Origin: Candidatus Eiseniibacteriota bacterium
Lineage (GTDB): Bacteria; Eisenbacteria; RBG-16-71-46
DNA: 64,000 bases
Direction of reading: 5' to 3'
NCBI GenBank assembly: GCA_020847735.1
Contig: JADLBL010000020.1
Location: 69,632 to 133,631, forward strand
Within the stretch, counting starts at the first letter, position 1; every line of letters begins with the position of its first letter. Of the stretch, positions 18,101 to 26,980 are shown piece after piece. Made by a program: the position numbers and the translations under genes. Below the pieces are notes generated by a model. It worked only from the letters and a program-made list of their open reading frames with translations, did no database searches and was not told where the DNA came from.

Positions 18101-20041
18101 ATGTGCGGCATCAACGGCGTCTTCCACTATCGCGAGGGCGCACCCGACCTCGCGCTCGTACGGCGGCAGACGCACGCGCTGCGGCATCGCGGTCCCGACG
18201 ACGCGGACGTGTGGAGCGAAGGTCCGGCCGCGCTAGGGCAGCGCCGCCTTTCCATCCTCGATCTGAGCCCCGCGGGCCACCAGCCGATGTCCAACGAGGA
18301 CGGCACGGTCTGGGTGACCTACAACGGCGAGCTCTACAACTGGCCCGAGGTGAAGCCGCAGCTCGTCGCCCGCGGCCACCGGCTGCGCGGCAACAGCGAC
18401 ACCGAGATGCTGCTGCACCTGTGGGAGGAAAAGGGCGCCGCGCTGGTGGACGACCTGCGGGGCATGTTCGCCTTCGCGCTCTTCGACACCCGCCGCCGCA
18501 CGCTGCTGCTGGCGCGCGACCGCGTCGGCAAGAAGCCGCTCTTCTGGCACGACGATGGCCGCAGGATCGTGTTCGCCTCGGAGCTCAAGAGCCTGATGCT
18601 GGATCCGTCGGTGCCGCGCGAGGCGGACCCGCGGTCGGTGGCCGACTACCTCACCTTTCAGTACGTCCCCAGCCCGCAGACCATCTTCGCGGGGGTCCGC
18701 AAGCTGCCGCCCGGGCACCGGCTCGTGTGCGACGCGAACGGCCCGCGGGTCGAGCGCTACTGGTCGCTGCCGGTGGAGCCCGATCCGACCATCGGACCGG
18801 CCGAGGCGGTCGAACGCCTGCGCGAGCTGCTCGCCGAGGCCGTGCGCATCCGGCTCATGTCGGACGTGCCGCTCGGCGCGTTCCTATCCGGCGGCCTCGA
18901 CTCGAGCGCGGTGGTCGCGCTGATGGCGCAGGCGGGCGCCACCCCGGTCCGGACGTTCAGCATCGGCTTCGACGCCGCCGACTACAGCGAGCTCGAGCAC
19001 GCGCGCACCGTCGCCCGCCATCTCGGGACGGAGCACCACGAGCTGATCGTGAAGCCGGACGCGCTCGATCTGCTCCCGAAGCTGGTCTGGGGCATGGACG
19101 AGCCGTTCGCGGACGCCTCGATGCTGCCGACCTTCCACGTCGCGCAGATGGCGCGACACCACGTGACGGTCGCGCTCTCCGGGGACGGCGGCGACGAGGC
19201 GTACGCCGGCTACACCACCTATGGATTCGCGCGCGACTATGCGCGCCTGGACGCCATTCCGGCGCCGCTGCGGCGGCTGGCGGCGCTGCCCGCGCGCTGG
19301 CTGGCGGGCGACCACCCGCTCGGGCGCAAGCTGCGTCGCGCGGGTCAGGACGTCGCCGGACGTCACCTCGAGGTCATCGCGCACTTCCCGCCGCACGAGC
19401 TCCCGGGCGTGCTGTCGCGTGAGCTGCGCGAACGCACGCGCGGACACGATCCGTTCCGCGCCGCGCGCGCCGTGCACGCGCGGGCGGCCGGCCCCGCCGG
19501 GCCCGTCGCGGCGCTGCTGCACCTCGACGCGGCCACCTACATGTGCGACGACGTGCTCGTGAAGGTGGACCGCACCTCGATGCTCAACTCGCTCGAGGTG
19601 CGGGCGCCCCTGCTCGATCAGGTCGTGCTCGAGTACGTGGCGCGACTGCCCTTCCACCACAAGCTGCGCGGCAACGTGACGAAGTGGGTGCTGCGCGAGG
19701 CGGTGCGACCGTTGCTGCCGCCGGCGATCCTGCAGCGGGGCAAGCAGGGTTTCGGCGTGCCGCTCGAGCACTGGTTCGGCTCCGGCTTCGGCGATCTCGC
19801 CCGCGACGTGCTGCTCGATCGCCGCTGCCGGGAGCGAGGCTGGCTCGACCCGACGGGCGTCGAGCGAGTGCTCGTGCCGGGCCGCCAGCGAGACGACCGC
19901 CGCGCGCGGCAGGTGTTCACGCTGCTGGCGCTCGAGCTGTGGGCGCGCACCTGGCTGGACCGTCCGCGCGAGGAACTGGACCGTCCCGAGTCGGGCGCCT
20001 GGCCGCTGCATCCGGCGGTCGCGGGCGTCGCGAAGGACTGA
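18101..20041 (+). CDS. asnB: Asparagine synthase (glutamine-hydrolysing) family amidotransferase #1 (exosortase/EPS-locus type)
   Basis: N-terminal MCGI (Ntn nucleophile Cys2), then LRHRGPDD, SILDLS...HQPM and the PP-loop SGGLDSS. 646 aa. Confidence 0.9.
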   Translation: MCGINGVFHYREGAPDLALVRRQTHALRHRGPDDADVWSEGPAALGQRRLSILDLSPAGHQPMSNEDGTVWVTYNGELYNWPEVKPQLVARGHRLRGNSDTEMLLHLWEEKGAALVDDLRGMFAFALFDTRRRTLLLARDRVGKKPLFWHDDGRRIVFASELKSLMLDPSVPREADPRSVADYLTFQYVPSPQTIFAGVRKLPPGHRLVCDANGPRVERYWSLPVEPDPTIGPAEAVERLRELLAEAVRIRLMSDVPLGAFLSGGLDSSAVVALMAQAGATPVRTFSIGFDAADYSELEHARTVARHLGTEHHELIVKPDALDLLPKLVWGMDEPFADASMLPTFHVAQMARHHVTVALSGDGGDEAYAGYTTYGFARDYARLDAIPAPLRRLAALPARWLAGDHPLGRKLRRAGQDVAGRHLEVIAHFPPHELPGVLSRELRERTRGHDPFRAARAVHARAAGPAGPVAALLHLDAATYMCDDVLVKVDRTSMLNSLEVRAPLLDQVVLEYVARLPFHHKLRGNVTKWVLREAVRPLLPPAILQRGKQGFGVPLEHWFGSGFGDLARDVLLDRRCRERGWLDPTGVERVLVPGRQRDDRRARQVFTLLALELWARTWLDRPREELDRPESGAWPLHPAVAGVAKD

Positions 20042-20044
20042 GAC

Positions 20045-21142
20045 GTGCACCTCGCGATCGTCATCGGCCGCTTCCCGCCGGGAGTGATCGGCGGGGCCGA
20101 ACTGCAGGCCGAGGCCTGGGCGCGCCGACTCGCGGCGCGACATCGCGTCACCGTCGTGACGCGCCTCGATGTGCCGGGTCAGCAACCGGTCGAGGAGCGC
20201 GACGGCTTCACGGTGCGCCGGCTGCCGGTCTCGCCGCTGCCGGGCTGGAGGACGTTCGCCGACCTCACCGGGATCGAGCGGCTGCTCGCCGGGCTGCGGC
20301 CGCGGCCGGACGTGCTGCTCGGGTTCATCACGTTCGCTTCCGGGCTCGCTGCGGTCCGCGCGGGCCGCAGGCTCGGCGTACCGGCGGTCGTCTGGATCCG
20401 CGGCGAAGCCGAATACCGCCTCGGCGCTTCGCGCTTTCATCGTTATCTCGCGCCGCGCATCTGGCGCGGTGCGACCGGCGTGCTGGTCCAGAGCGACTGG
20501 AACCGGCGCGAACTGCTCCGCGAGCTCGGTTCGGTTTCGCCGTCCGCGGCCCGGGACGTGGAGGCGAAGCTCGACGTGGTCCCCAACGGCCTCGAGCTGC
20601 CGGCAGGTCCGTTCCCACCCGGCGACGGCGTGCTCGCGGTGGGACGGCTGATCGCCGACAAGGGCGTGGACGTGCTGGTGGACGCCTGCGCGTCGGCGGG
20701 GCTTGCGCTGGTGATCGCCGGCGACGGCCCCGAGCGGGGCGCGCTCGAAGCGCGCGCTCGCGCGCGTGGCGCGTCCGTGCGGTTCACGGGCCCGCTGTCA
20801 CGACCGCAGCTCGACCCCCTCTATCGAGCGGCCGCGGTCTGCGTGCTCGCCTCGCGGCGCGGCGAAGGACTGCCGAACGCGGTGCTCGAAGCCATGTCGT
20901 ATGCGCGGGCGCTCGTCGTGACGCCTTCGGGCGCGACGCGCGACCTGCTCGTGGACGGCGAGAGCGGACTGTTCGTGCCCGCGGACGACCCTGAAGCGCT
21001 CGCCGCCGCGCTGCGGCGGCTGCACGGCGAGCCGGCGCTGGCGGCGCGCCTGGGAGCGCGGGCGCGCCAGGCCGCCGAGGCCTACGCCTGGGAACGCGTG
21101 GTGCCGCGGCTCGAGCAGACGCTCGGCAGGTGGCTGCGGTGA
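20045..21142 (+). CDS. Glycosyltransferase family 4 (GT-B, RfaG-like)
   Basis: GT4 C-terminal motifs: ...VLASRRGEGLPNAVLEAMSYARALVVT...GESGLFV (the EX7E-like region). Confidence 0.8.
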   Translation: MHLAIVIGRFPPGVIGGAELQAEAWARRLAARHRVTVVTRLDVPGQQPVEERDGFTVRRLPVSPLPGWRTFADLTGIERLLAGLRPRPDVLLGFITFASGLAAVRAGRRLGVPAVVWIRGEAEYRLGASRFHRYLAPRIWRGATGVLVQSDWNRRELLRELGSVSPSAARDVEAKLDVVPNGLELPAGPFPPGDGVLAVGRLIADKGVDVLVDACASAGLALVIAGDGPERGALEARARARGASVRFTGPLSRPQLDPLYRAAAVCVLASRRGEGLPNAVLEAMSYARALVVTPSGATRDLLVDGESGLFVPADDPEALAAALRRLHGEPALAARLGARARQAAEAYAWERVVPRLEQTLGRWLR

Positions 21143-22290
21143 GCGTGCAACCGGTGCGCGTGTGCTTCTTCTCGCCGCTCCTTTGGCCGGTGTGGAGCGG
21201 CGGCGCGGTGCCGTTCGCCGGCGGCGCCGAGATGCAGCAGGCCCGCCTCGCGCGCGGACTCGCGGCGCGCGGCTTCGACGTAACGGTCGTGACCTGCGAC
21301 TTCGGGCAGCCCTCCCCGGTCACCGTGGACGGCGTGCGCGTTCTCAAGACCTACCGGCGCGAATCCGGAGTGCCGGTGCTGCGCTTCTTCCACCCGCGGC
21401 TCTCGCGCAGCGTCGCGGCGCTGCGCGCGGCGGCCGCGCACGTCTACTACGTCCGCGCCGCCGGGCTCGAGGCGGGCATCGCCTTCGACGTGGCCCGCTC
21501 GCTCGGGGCCGCGTTCGTGTTCGCCGCGGCGCACGATCACGACGCGCGCCGCGCGCTGCCGCTGCTCGGCAATCCGCGGGATCGCTGGTGGTACGCGCGC
21601 GCGCTGCGCGGAGCGGACGCGGTCATCGCCCAGTCCGGGGCGCAGCGCGAGCTGTTTCGCCGGGAGTGGAATCGCGAGTCCGAGGTGGTGCCCAACCTCG
21701 TCGAGCTGCCGTCCTCGGCCGGACCCCGCACGGGCACCGACGTGGTGTGGCTCTCGACCTACAAGGCCGCCAAGCGCCCGGAGTGGTTCACGGCGCTCGC
21801 GCGCGCGTTGCCGGCGCAGCGATTCGTCATGGCGGGCGTGGTGCCCCGCCCGCCCGACCCGGTCGAGGCATGGGAGGCCGCGCAAGCCGCCTCCCGCGAG
21901 TTGCCGAACCTCGAGGTGCGCGGTTTCGCCGATCCGGCAGGTGTGTCCGAGCTTCTGCGCGGCGCCGCGCTGTTCGTGCACACGTCGCCGGCCGAGGGCT
22001 TCCCGAACACGCTGCTCGAGGCGTGGGCGCACGGCGTGCCGGGCGTCTCGTGCGTGGACCCCGACGGCGTGGTCGCCCGGGAGGGACTCGGCGAACAAGT
22101 CGCGGACCGCGAAGGGCTCGTACGGGCGGTCGGTACGTGGATGGCCGACCCGGCCCGCCGCCGCGCCGCGGGCGAGCGCGCCCGCGCCTACGCCGCGCGC
22201 GCCCACTCGCCCGCGGCCACGATCGAAGCGCTGGCGCGGATCCTCGGGCGCGCGGCCGGTGCCCGCCCGCGCACGTCCGGCCGCGGCTGA
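21130..22290 (+). CDS. Glycosyltransferase family 4 (GT-B)
   Basis: FVHTSPAEGFPNTLLEAWAHGVPGVS is the GT4 sugar-donor-binding region. Overlaps the upstream GT4 by a few codons. GTG start. Confidence 0.75.
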   Translation: MAAVSVQPVRVCFFSPLLWPVWSGGAVPFAGGAEMQQARLARGLAARGFDVTVVTCDFGQPSPVTVDGVRVLKTYRRESGVPVLRFFHPRLSRSVAALRAAAAHVYYVRAAGLEAGIAFDVARSLGAAFVFAAAHDHDARRALPLLGNPRDRWWYARALRGADAVIAQSGAQRELFRREWNRESEVVPNLVELPSSAGPRTGTDVVWLSTYKAAKRPEWFTALARALPAQRFVMAGVVPRPPDPVEAWEAAQAASRELPNLEVRGFADPAGVSELLRGAALFVHTSPAEGFPNTLLEAWAHGVPGVSCVDPDGVVAREGLGEQVADREGLVRAVGTWMADPARRRAAGERARAYAARAHSPAATIEALARILGRAAGARPRTSGRG

Positions 22291-22327
22291 ACGCGGATCC
22301 GCGCGTCCGCGGCCGCCGGCGCGCCGC

Positions 22328-23203
22328 TCACTCCTGCAGCCAGCCCTCGCTCACGAGGATCTCGCGCATGGGCGCCCATTCGTAGCGCCGAAACAGGTTC
22401 TCGAGCTTGCCGACGACCGAGTGCAGGTTGACGTAGGTGATGAAACGGTTCAGCGGATCGAGCGGCATGCGGCGCGATTCGGGCGTGACCTCGCGCGGGT
22501 GCAGGTAGAGCACGAACGGGCGGCGGCGCAGGATGTAGTCGAGGCCGGCGCGAAACACCGGCAGCGGCAGCGCCCGCAGGTAGAAGCCGCCGCCGAGCGG
22601 GAAGCGCATCCGGTAGATCTGCGCGGTCGCGACCGGGAACTCGACGAGGTCGGCGTGCGGGTCGTGCTTCGTCAGGTCGGTGGGCGAGGGGCGGTAGATC
22701 CAGCACGGCGCGCCCCGCGTTCCGTACATCTTCACCTTCATCGGGAAGATGCTGGAATCGTAGCGATAGCCCTCGGCGCGCAGCACGTCGAGCGCCCACG
22801 GGTTCGAGCGGTCGATGCTGAAGGTCGGCGCGCGAAAGCCCATCACCGGAAACTCGCCGAGCGCGTCGGTGACGACGTCGCGGAACTCGCGCAGCTCCGC
22901 GCGAAAACTCTCGGGGCTGGCCCTCCACAGCGGCCGATGATCCATGCCGTGACAGGCCAGCTCGTGGCCTTCGTCGCGCATGCGCCGCGCCAGGTCGGGG
23001 TGGGCGCGGACCACGGCGCCGAGCACGAAGAACGTGCTGCGCAGCCCGTGCCGCCGGAGCAGGTCGAGGATCTCCATCGTGCCCTGGCGCACGATGCTGT
23101 CGTGCCCGCGCTGGCCCGTCTCGACGCGATTCACCTCGCTGTGATGCCAGTCCTCGATGTCGAACGAGAAGGCCGCCTTGTGCGGGAAAGGGGAGGGGCT
23201 CAA
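22328..23203 (-). CDS. Polysaccharide deacetylase (NodB-type) with C-terminal DUF3473, PEP-CTERM-locus subfamily-like
   Basis: AAFSFDIEDWHH near the N-terminus (NodB motif-1 analogue D-x-E-D-W) plus conserved His residues (HGMDH, YLHPRE). About 292 aa. TTG start overlaps the stop of the upstream membrane-protein gene. Confidence 0.75.
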   Translation of the reverse strand: MSPSPFPHKAAFSFDIEDWHHSEVNRVETGQRGHDSIVRQGTMEILDLLRRHGLRSTFFVLGAVVRAHPDLARRMRDEGHELACHGMDHRPLWRASPESFRAELREFRDVVTDALGEFPVMGFRAPTFSIDRSNPWALDVLRAEGYRYDSSIFPMKVKMYGTRGAPCWIYRPSPTDLTKHDPHADLVEFPVATAQIYRMRFPLGGGFYLRALPLPVFRAGLDYILRRRPFVLYLHPREVTPESRRMPLDPLNRFITYVNLHSVVGKLENLFRRYEWAPMREILVSEGWLQE

Positions 23204-25317
23204 GGCGACTCCAGCAGCACGAGCCGGTAGATGCGGTAGCCGTCCGCGGAGTAGCGCCGCTCGGCGCGCGCACCGGCCGCGGCCTCGAGGCGCGCCCACG
23301 GCGCGTCGCCCGGCGCGAAGTCCTGGGCCCGGTAGAGCAGGTGGATCGCGCCCACGCGGTGCACGCGCCGCGCGCGCGCCACCACGTCGGCCAGGTACCC
23401 GGCGTCGGCGTCGAACGCGGCGACGGGACCGAAGAGGTCGGCGGTGACCTCGCGGCGGCGCTCGAAGTCGTGGAGCGGGTAGCCGGCGCGGTCGGCCCCG
23501 GCGCGCGTCGCGACCAGCATGCGGCGGGGCCCCTGCACGGTGAGCAGGTCGCGGTTGGCGGTCTCGAGGAAGACATCGTCGGGTGAGGTGTTCGAGCGGA
23601 GCCACGCCAGCATCGCCTTCTCGCCGGGCCGGGGGTTGAGCGCCGGCGATTCGGTGCGCATCGGGTCGCGCACGACCCCCTGCAGGAACGCCAGCGGCGG
23701 AACGGCGAACAGCAGCACGATCACGACCGCGAACGCGGGCCGCCCGAGCCGGGTCCGCCAGCGCTCGAGGGCGGGCAGGAACTCGACCCCGCCGAGCAGC
23801 GCCAGGACGAGGAAGGCGACCCAGACGTACTTGTGCTCGTTGCCCTCGGGCAGGTGGACGACGCACTGCATGAGCACGACGCCCAGCGCCCACAGGGACA
23901 ACCAGGCCGCCAGCGGCGCCCGCTCCCGCCAGGCGCGGCGGATTCCCGGCCACGCGAACAGCAGGGTCACCCCGCACGCGGTGGCGAGCGTCCACGGCAT
24001 CCGCCAGCCGGGTTGAATCCAGTGCTGGTCGAGTCCCGTCACGTCGTTCCGCCAGCCGCTCGCGATCGAGATCAGATAGGGCAGCCCGAGCGCGAAGCCG
24101 ACGCACGACGCCACCCAGAACGGCAGCGTCTGGCGCGCCGACGGCAGCCAGGGCGCGCGGCCGCGCAGCAGCCAGCCGAGCGCGAGCGCGCCGGTGGTGA
24201 CGGGAATCATGCCCATGCCCACGACGCTGTGGGGAAGGATGCTGCCGAGGCCCGCGAGGAGGGCGACGGCGAGCCACCGGCCGCCGCCTCCGCTCAGCAC
24301 CCGCGCGAGCGCCAGGAAGTGCACGAGCAGGAAGAGATAGGCGTAGCCGAGCGGACCGCCGAGCGTGATCTTGTCCCAGAACTGCACCATCCACGCGAAG
24401 GGCGCGGCGATGACGTAGATGACGTCCCAGGAGCCGACGTGCATCAGCGAGAGCTGCCGGCGGATCTCGTCCATGCCGCGCACCTCGCCCGAGAGCGCGA
24501 GCAGGAAGCGAAGCGGCGTCAGCAGGTAGGCGCCCGCATTGAGCCCGAAGGTGAACAGGACCAGCGTGCCGCGCGCCGCGCGCTCGCCACCCCACAGCGC
24601 CCAGGCGAGCTGCCAGACGAGCAGGAACTGGATCGCGGTCGTCACGACGTTGAGGAGGGCCATGAACACGAACGGATCCTGGCCGCGCAGGGACGCCAGC
24701 TGGGCGATGAAGTACTGGTAGATCCAGACGTAGTTCAGGTGCAGGCCGATGAACCGCGGGTCCACCGGCGGCACGCCGTGCAGGCGGATCTCGCCGCTGA
24801 TCGCCGCGTGCACCCACGTGTCGGAGCGGATCAGCGACCACGGGTTGAGCGCGAGGCAGGCGACCACGAAGGCGACCGCCCCGAGCGTCCAGCCCCACGC
24901 GAAGCGCGACACCGGCGCCTCGAGCGGATCGTCCGCCGGCCGGCCCACGGCCCGGGCCTCGCCACCGGCGAACAGGATCCAGCCCCCGACGCCGACGAGT
25001 CGCGCGGCGGTCGCGAGCTCGAGGCCGCCGCGCACCAGGGCGAGCCCGGCGAGGACGCTGACCAGCGGCGAGAGCGCGAGGCCGATCGTCCAGCGGGTGG
25101 AGGCGCCGGCCCGCGGGAGCACCAGCCGCGCGAGCGCCATGCCCGGGAACACGCCGAGCCAGACGAACGCGCCCGCCTGTCCCGCCAGGCCCGGCAGCGC
25201 CAGTCCGCCCGCCGCCAGCGCGCTCAGGGCCAGCAGGGCCCAGACGCTCGGAGCCAGCGGGCCAGCGAATGCACCTCGCCCCGGTACGCCGCTCGTCAAG
25301 CAGCCTCCCGGAAGCAC
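23200..25317 (-). CDS. Large polytopic membrane protein with C-terminal extracytoplasmic domain; paralog of 15537-18089 (candidate GT-C/polymerase)
   Basis: 705 aa with more than 12 hydrophobic helices. Shares loop motifs with the 15537 protein (see that entry). The start may be downstream of the annotated first codon. Confidence 0.7.
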   Translation of the reverse strand: MLPGGCLTSGVPGRGAFAGPLAPSVWALLALSALAAGGLALPGLAGQAGAFVWLGVFPGMALARLVLPRAGASTRWTIGLALSPLVSVLAGLALVRGGLELATAARLVGVGGWILFAGGEARAVGRPADDPLEAPVSRFAWGWTLGAVAFVVACLALNPWSLIRSDTWVHAAISGEIRLHGVPPVDPRFIGLHLNYVWIYQYFIAQLASLRGQDPFVFMALLNVVTTAIQFLLVWQLAWALWGGERAARGTLVLFTFGLNAGAYLLTPLRFLLALSGEVRGMDEIRRQLSLMHVGSWDVIYVIAAPFAWMVQFWDKITLGGPLGYAYLFLLVHFLALARVLSGGGGRWLAVALLAGLGSILPHSVVGMGMIPVTTGALALGWLLRGRAPWLPSARQTLPFWVASCVGFALGLPYLISIASGWRNDVTGLDQHWIQPGWRMPWTLATACGVTLLFAWPGIRRAWRERAPLAAWLSLWALGVVLMQCVVHLPEGNEHKYVWVAFLVLALLGGVEFLPALERWRTRLGRPAFAVVIVLLFAVPPLAFLQGVVRDPMRTESPALNPRPGEKAMLAWLRSNTSPDDVFLETANRDLLTVQGPRRMLVATRAGADRAGYPLHDFERRREVTADLFGPVAAFDADAGYLADVVARARRVHRVGAIHLLYRAQDFAPGDAPWARLEAAAGARAERRYSADGYRIYRLVLLESP

Positions 25318-25402
25318 CGCGTCGCCGGGCCGCCCGGCAACGCCGCGAGCGGCGGTGGCCGGCGCCTCCGGAGCTTCGTCACTTGGACCCGGGGCGCCTG
25401 CT

Positions 25403-25921
25403 TCATCGCTCGGCTTCCTTGAGCCGACGCGCGGGAACGCCGCCCACCACCGCGCCAGCGGGTACGTCGCGCGTCACCACGGCGCCCGCGGCGACGACGG
25501 CGCCCTCGCCCACCGTGACGCCGGGCAGCACGATGCAGCCCGCGCCGAGGTAGCAGCCGCGTTTCAGCACGACGGGCGCGACGGTGCCGTCGCCCGCGCC
25601 GGCCTGGGTTCGGTCGAGGCGCTTGGCGTCGTCGTGAACCACGACCATGACGCGGAACGAGATCGTCACGTCGTCCTCGACCACGACGAGTTCGGGGAAC
25701 TGGTCGTCGAGCCAGGTGTCGAGTCCGATGAAGACGTGGCGCCCGACCCGCACGCCCATCCAGCGGTAGAGCTGGTTGCGCAGGGCGGGGGCGATCGTCG
25801 CGCGGGCGATCATGTGCAGCTGCTTCTGCCAGAACGTGCGGAGCAGCGTTCGCGGCGCGATGCGTGTCTCGTACTCGCGCCGCGCCACGCGGCCGGCGAT
25901 CTTCGGGTGCTCGTCGCTCAC
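25403..25921 (-). CDS. Hexapeptide-repeat (left-handed beta-helix) O-acetyltransferase (WcaF/WbbJ/MAT-like)
   Basis: Repeated [LIV]GxxxxI hexapeptides: [13 protein letters not shown]...[17 protein letters not shown]...[27 protein letters not shown]. The GTG start overlaps the FemAB-like gene stop (GTGA). Confidence 0.8.
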   Translation of the reverse strand: MSDEHPKIAGRVARREYETRIAPRTLLRTFWQKQLHMIARATIAPALRNQLYRWMGVRVGRHVFIGLDTWLDDQFPELVVVEDDVTISFRVMVVVHDDAKRLDRTQAGAGDGTVAPVVLKRGCYLGAGCIVLPGVTVGEGAVVAAGAVVTRDVPAGAVVGGVPARRLKEAER

Positions 25922-26946
25922 ATCACCTCCGGGAACAACCGCTTCGCCGGCTCGCCCAGCAACGCCGCCAGCGGCAGCGGCAGGCGCTTCCAGAGTTTCG
26001 TCGCAAGATCGAGCGAGCCCTTCTGGTCGTCGAGCGTCGGAAACCGCTTCGCCGTGCCGAGTACGTACTGGTAGTGCAGCGGCACCGGCTGCGCGCCCCA
26101 CTGTTCCTTGAAGCGGAAGGTCGGAGAGCCCCACTGGCTGCGGCCGAAGTCGAAACGCCTGAGTCCCCGGGCGATGGCCCGCTGGATCGCCTCCCAGTAA
26201 AGCACCTGGTTGGGGCAGCGCACGAAATGCCGGCGCAGCGACGACGCCCAGGGATCCATGAGCGTGTCGCGATGCGTGACCGTGAACATCGCGCCGGCCG
26301 CGTCGCCGGCGTGCTCGATCACCAGCAGGTCGGCCGCCGCGCCGAGCAGCTCGAGCGCCAGCCGGTAGTAGGCCGGGCCGCGAAGCGGGGTGCCGAGGTC
26401 GCGCATGTTCTCGAGCATCACGCGGTGAAAGGCCGCGAGGTTCGCGTGCCCCCAGCGCCGCTCGTACCCGGCCTTCTCGCCCTTGCGGATCTGGTTGCGG
26501 AGCTTGGCGCCGAAGCGCGCCCACTGCCCTTCGGGTTCGCGGGTGAGTTCGAGAACCATCGTGAGGTGCTCGCGATTCGTCTCGAGGTCCGGCCAGGCGC
26601 GCGGCTGGTCGCGCAGCTCGAGCCAGGCCAGGCGCTCGCGCGCGACCTCCTCGCGCGCCGGCGCGAGCAGTGCCGCCGCGACGGCCTCGTCGTCCGCGAG
26701 CAGCCCCCCCGGCGCCGAGAACAGCGCCGGCCGCCGGCCGCGCTTGCGAAACAGGGGCAGCACGCCGCGCACGCGGCCGTCCTCCTCCGCAAGCCAGTAG
26801 CGCGCGGACACGCCGTACGCGCGCGTGGTCAGATCCCTCCAGGCGATCCGCTGCCCGAAGTGCGAGAGCGGGCTGGCCTGCACGTAGGCGTCCCAGGCGG
26901 CGCCGTCGGCGGCCTCGCAGGGCCGCACCCGAAGCGTCGCGCTCAC
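25918..26946 (-). CDS. FemAB-family / GNAT-like protein, PEP-CTERM (exosortase) system-associated type
   Basis: 342 aa. The [26 protein letters not shown]...[11 protein letters not shown] architecture matches FemAB-related proteins found in exosortase EPS loci, with acyl-CoA N-acyltransferase fold features. Confidence 0.65.
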   Translation of the reverse strand: MSATLRVRPCEAADGAAWDAYVQASPLSHFGQRIAWRDLTTRAYGVSARYWLAEEDGRVRGVLPLFRKRGRRPALFSAPGGLLADDEAVAAALLAPAREEVARERLAWLELRDQPRAWPDLETNREHLTMVLELTREPEGQWARFGAKLRNQIRKGEKAGYERRWGHANLAAFHRVMLENMRDLGTPLRGPAYYRLALELLGAAADLLVIEHAGDAAGAMFTVTHRDTLMDPWASSLRRHFVRCPNQVLYWEAIQRAIARGLRRFDFGRSQWGSPTFRFKEQWGAQPVPLHYQYVLGTAKRFPTLDDQKGSLDLATKLWKRLPLPLAALLGEPAKRLFPEVM

Positions 26947-26980
26947 GCGGGCCGCTCCGCGTGCCGGCGGCGGGCCCGCC

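Noticed and set aside
15488-20041. 1517-aa ORF spanning 15488-20041 and 708-aa antisense ORF 15570-17696
   Set aside because: The long ORF is an artefact of a rare-stop frame. Only its 3' third (from ATG 18101) encodes AsnB. The 5' part overlaps the membrane-protein gene in another frame and is Arg/Ala/Gly noise.
22328-24898. 856-aa minus-strand ORF fusing the deacetylase frame with upstream sequence
   Set aside because: Only the 3' 292 codons (from TTG 23203) carry the NodB/DUF3473 signal. Upstream of that it overlaps the 705-aa membrane protein encoded in another frame, and the translation is Arg/Pro-rich.
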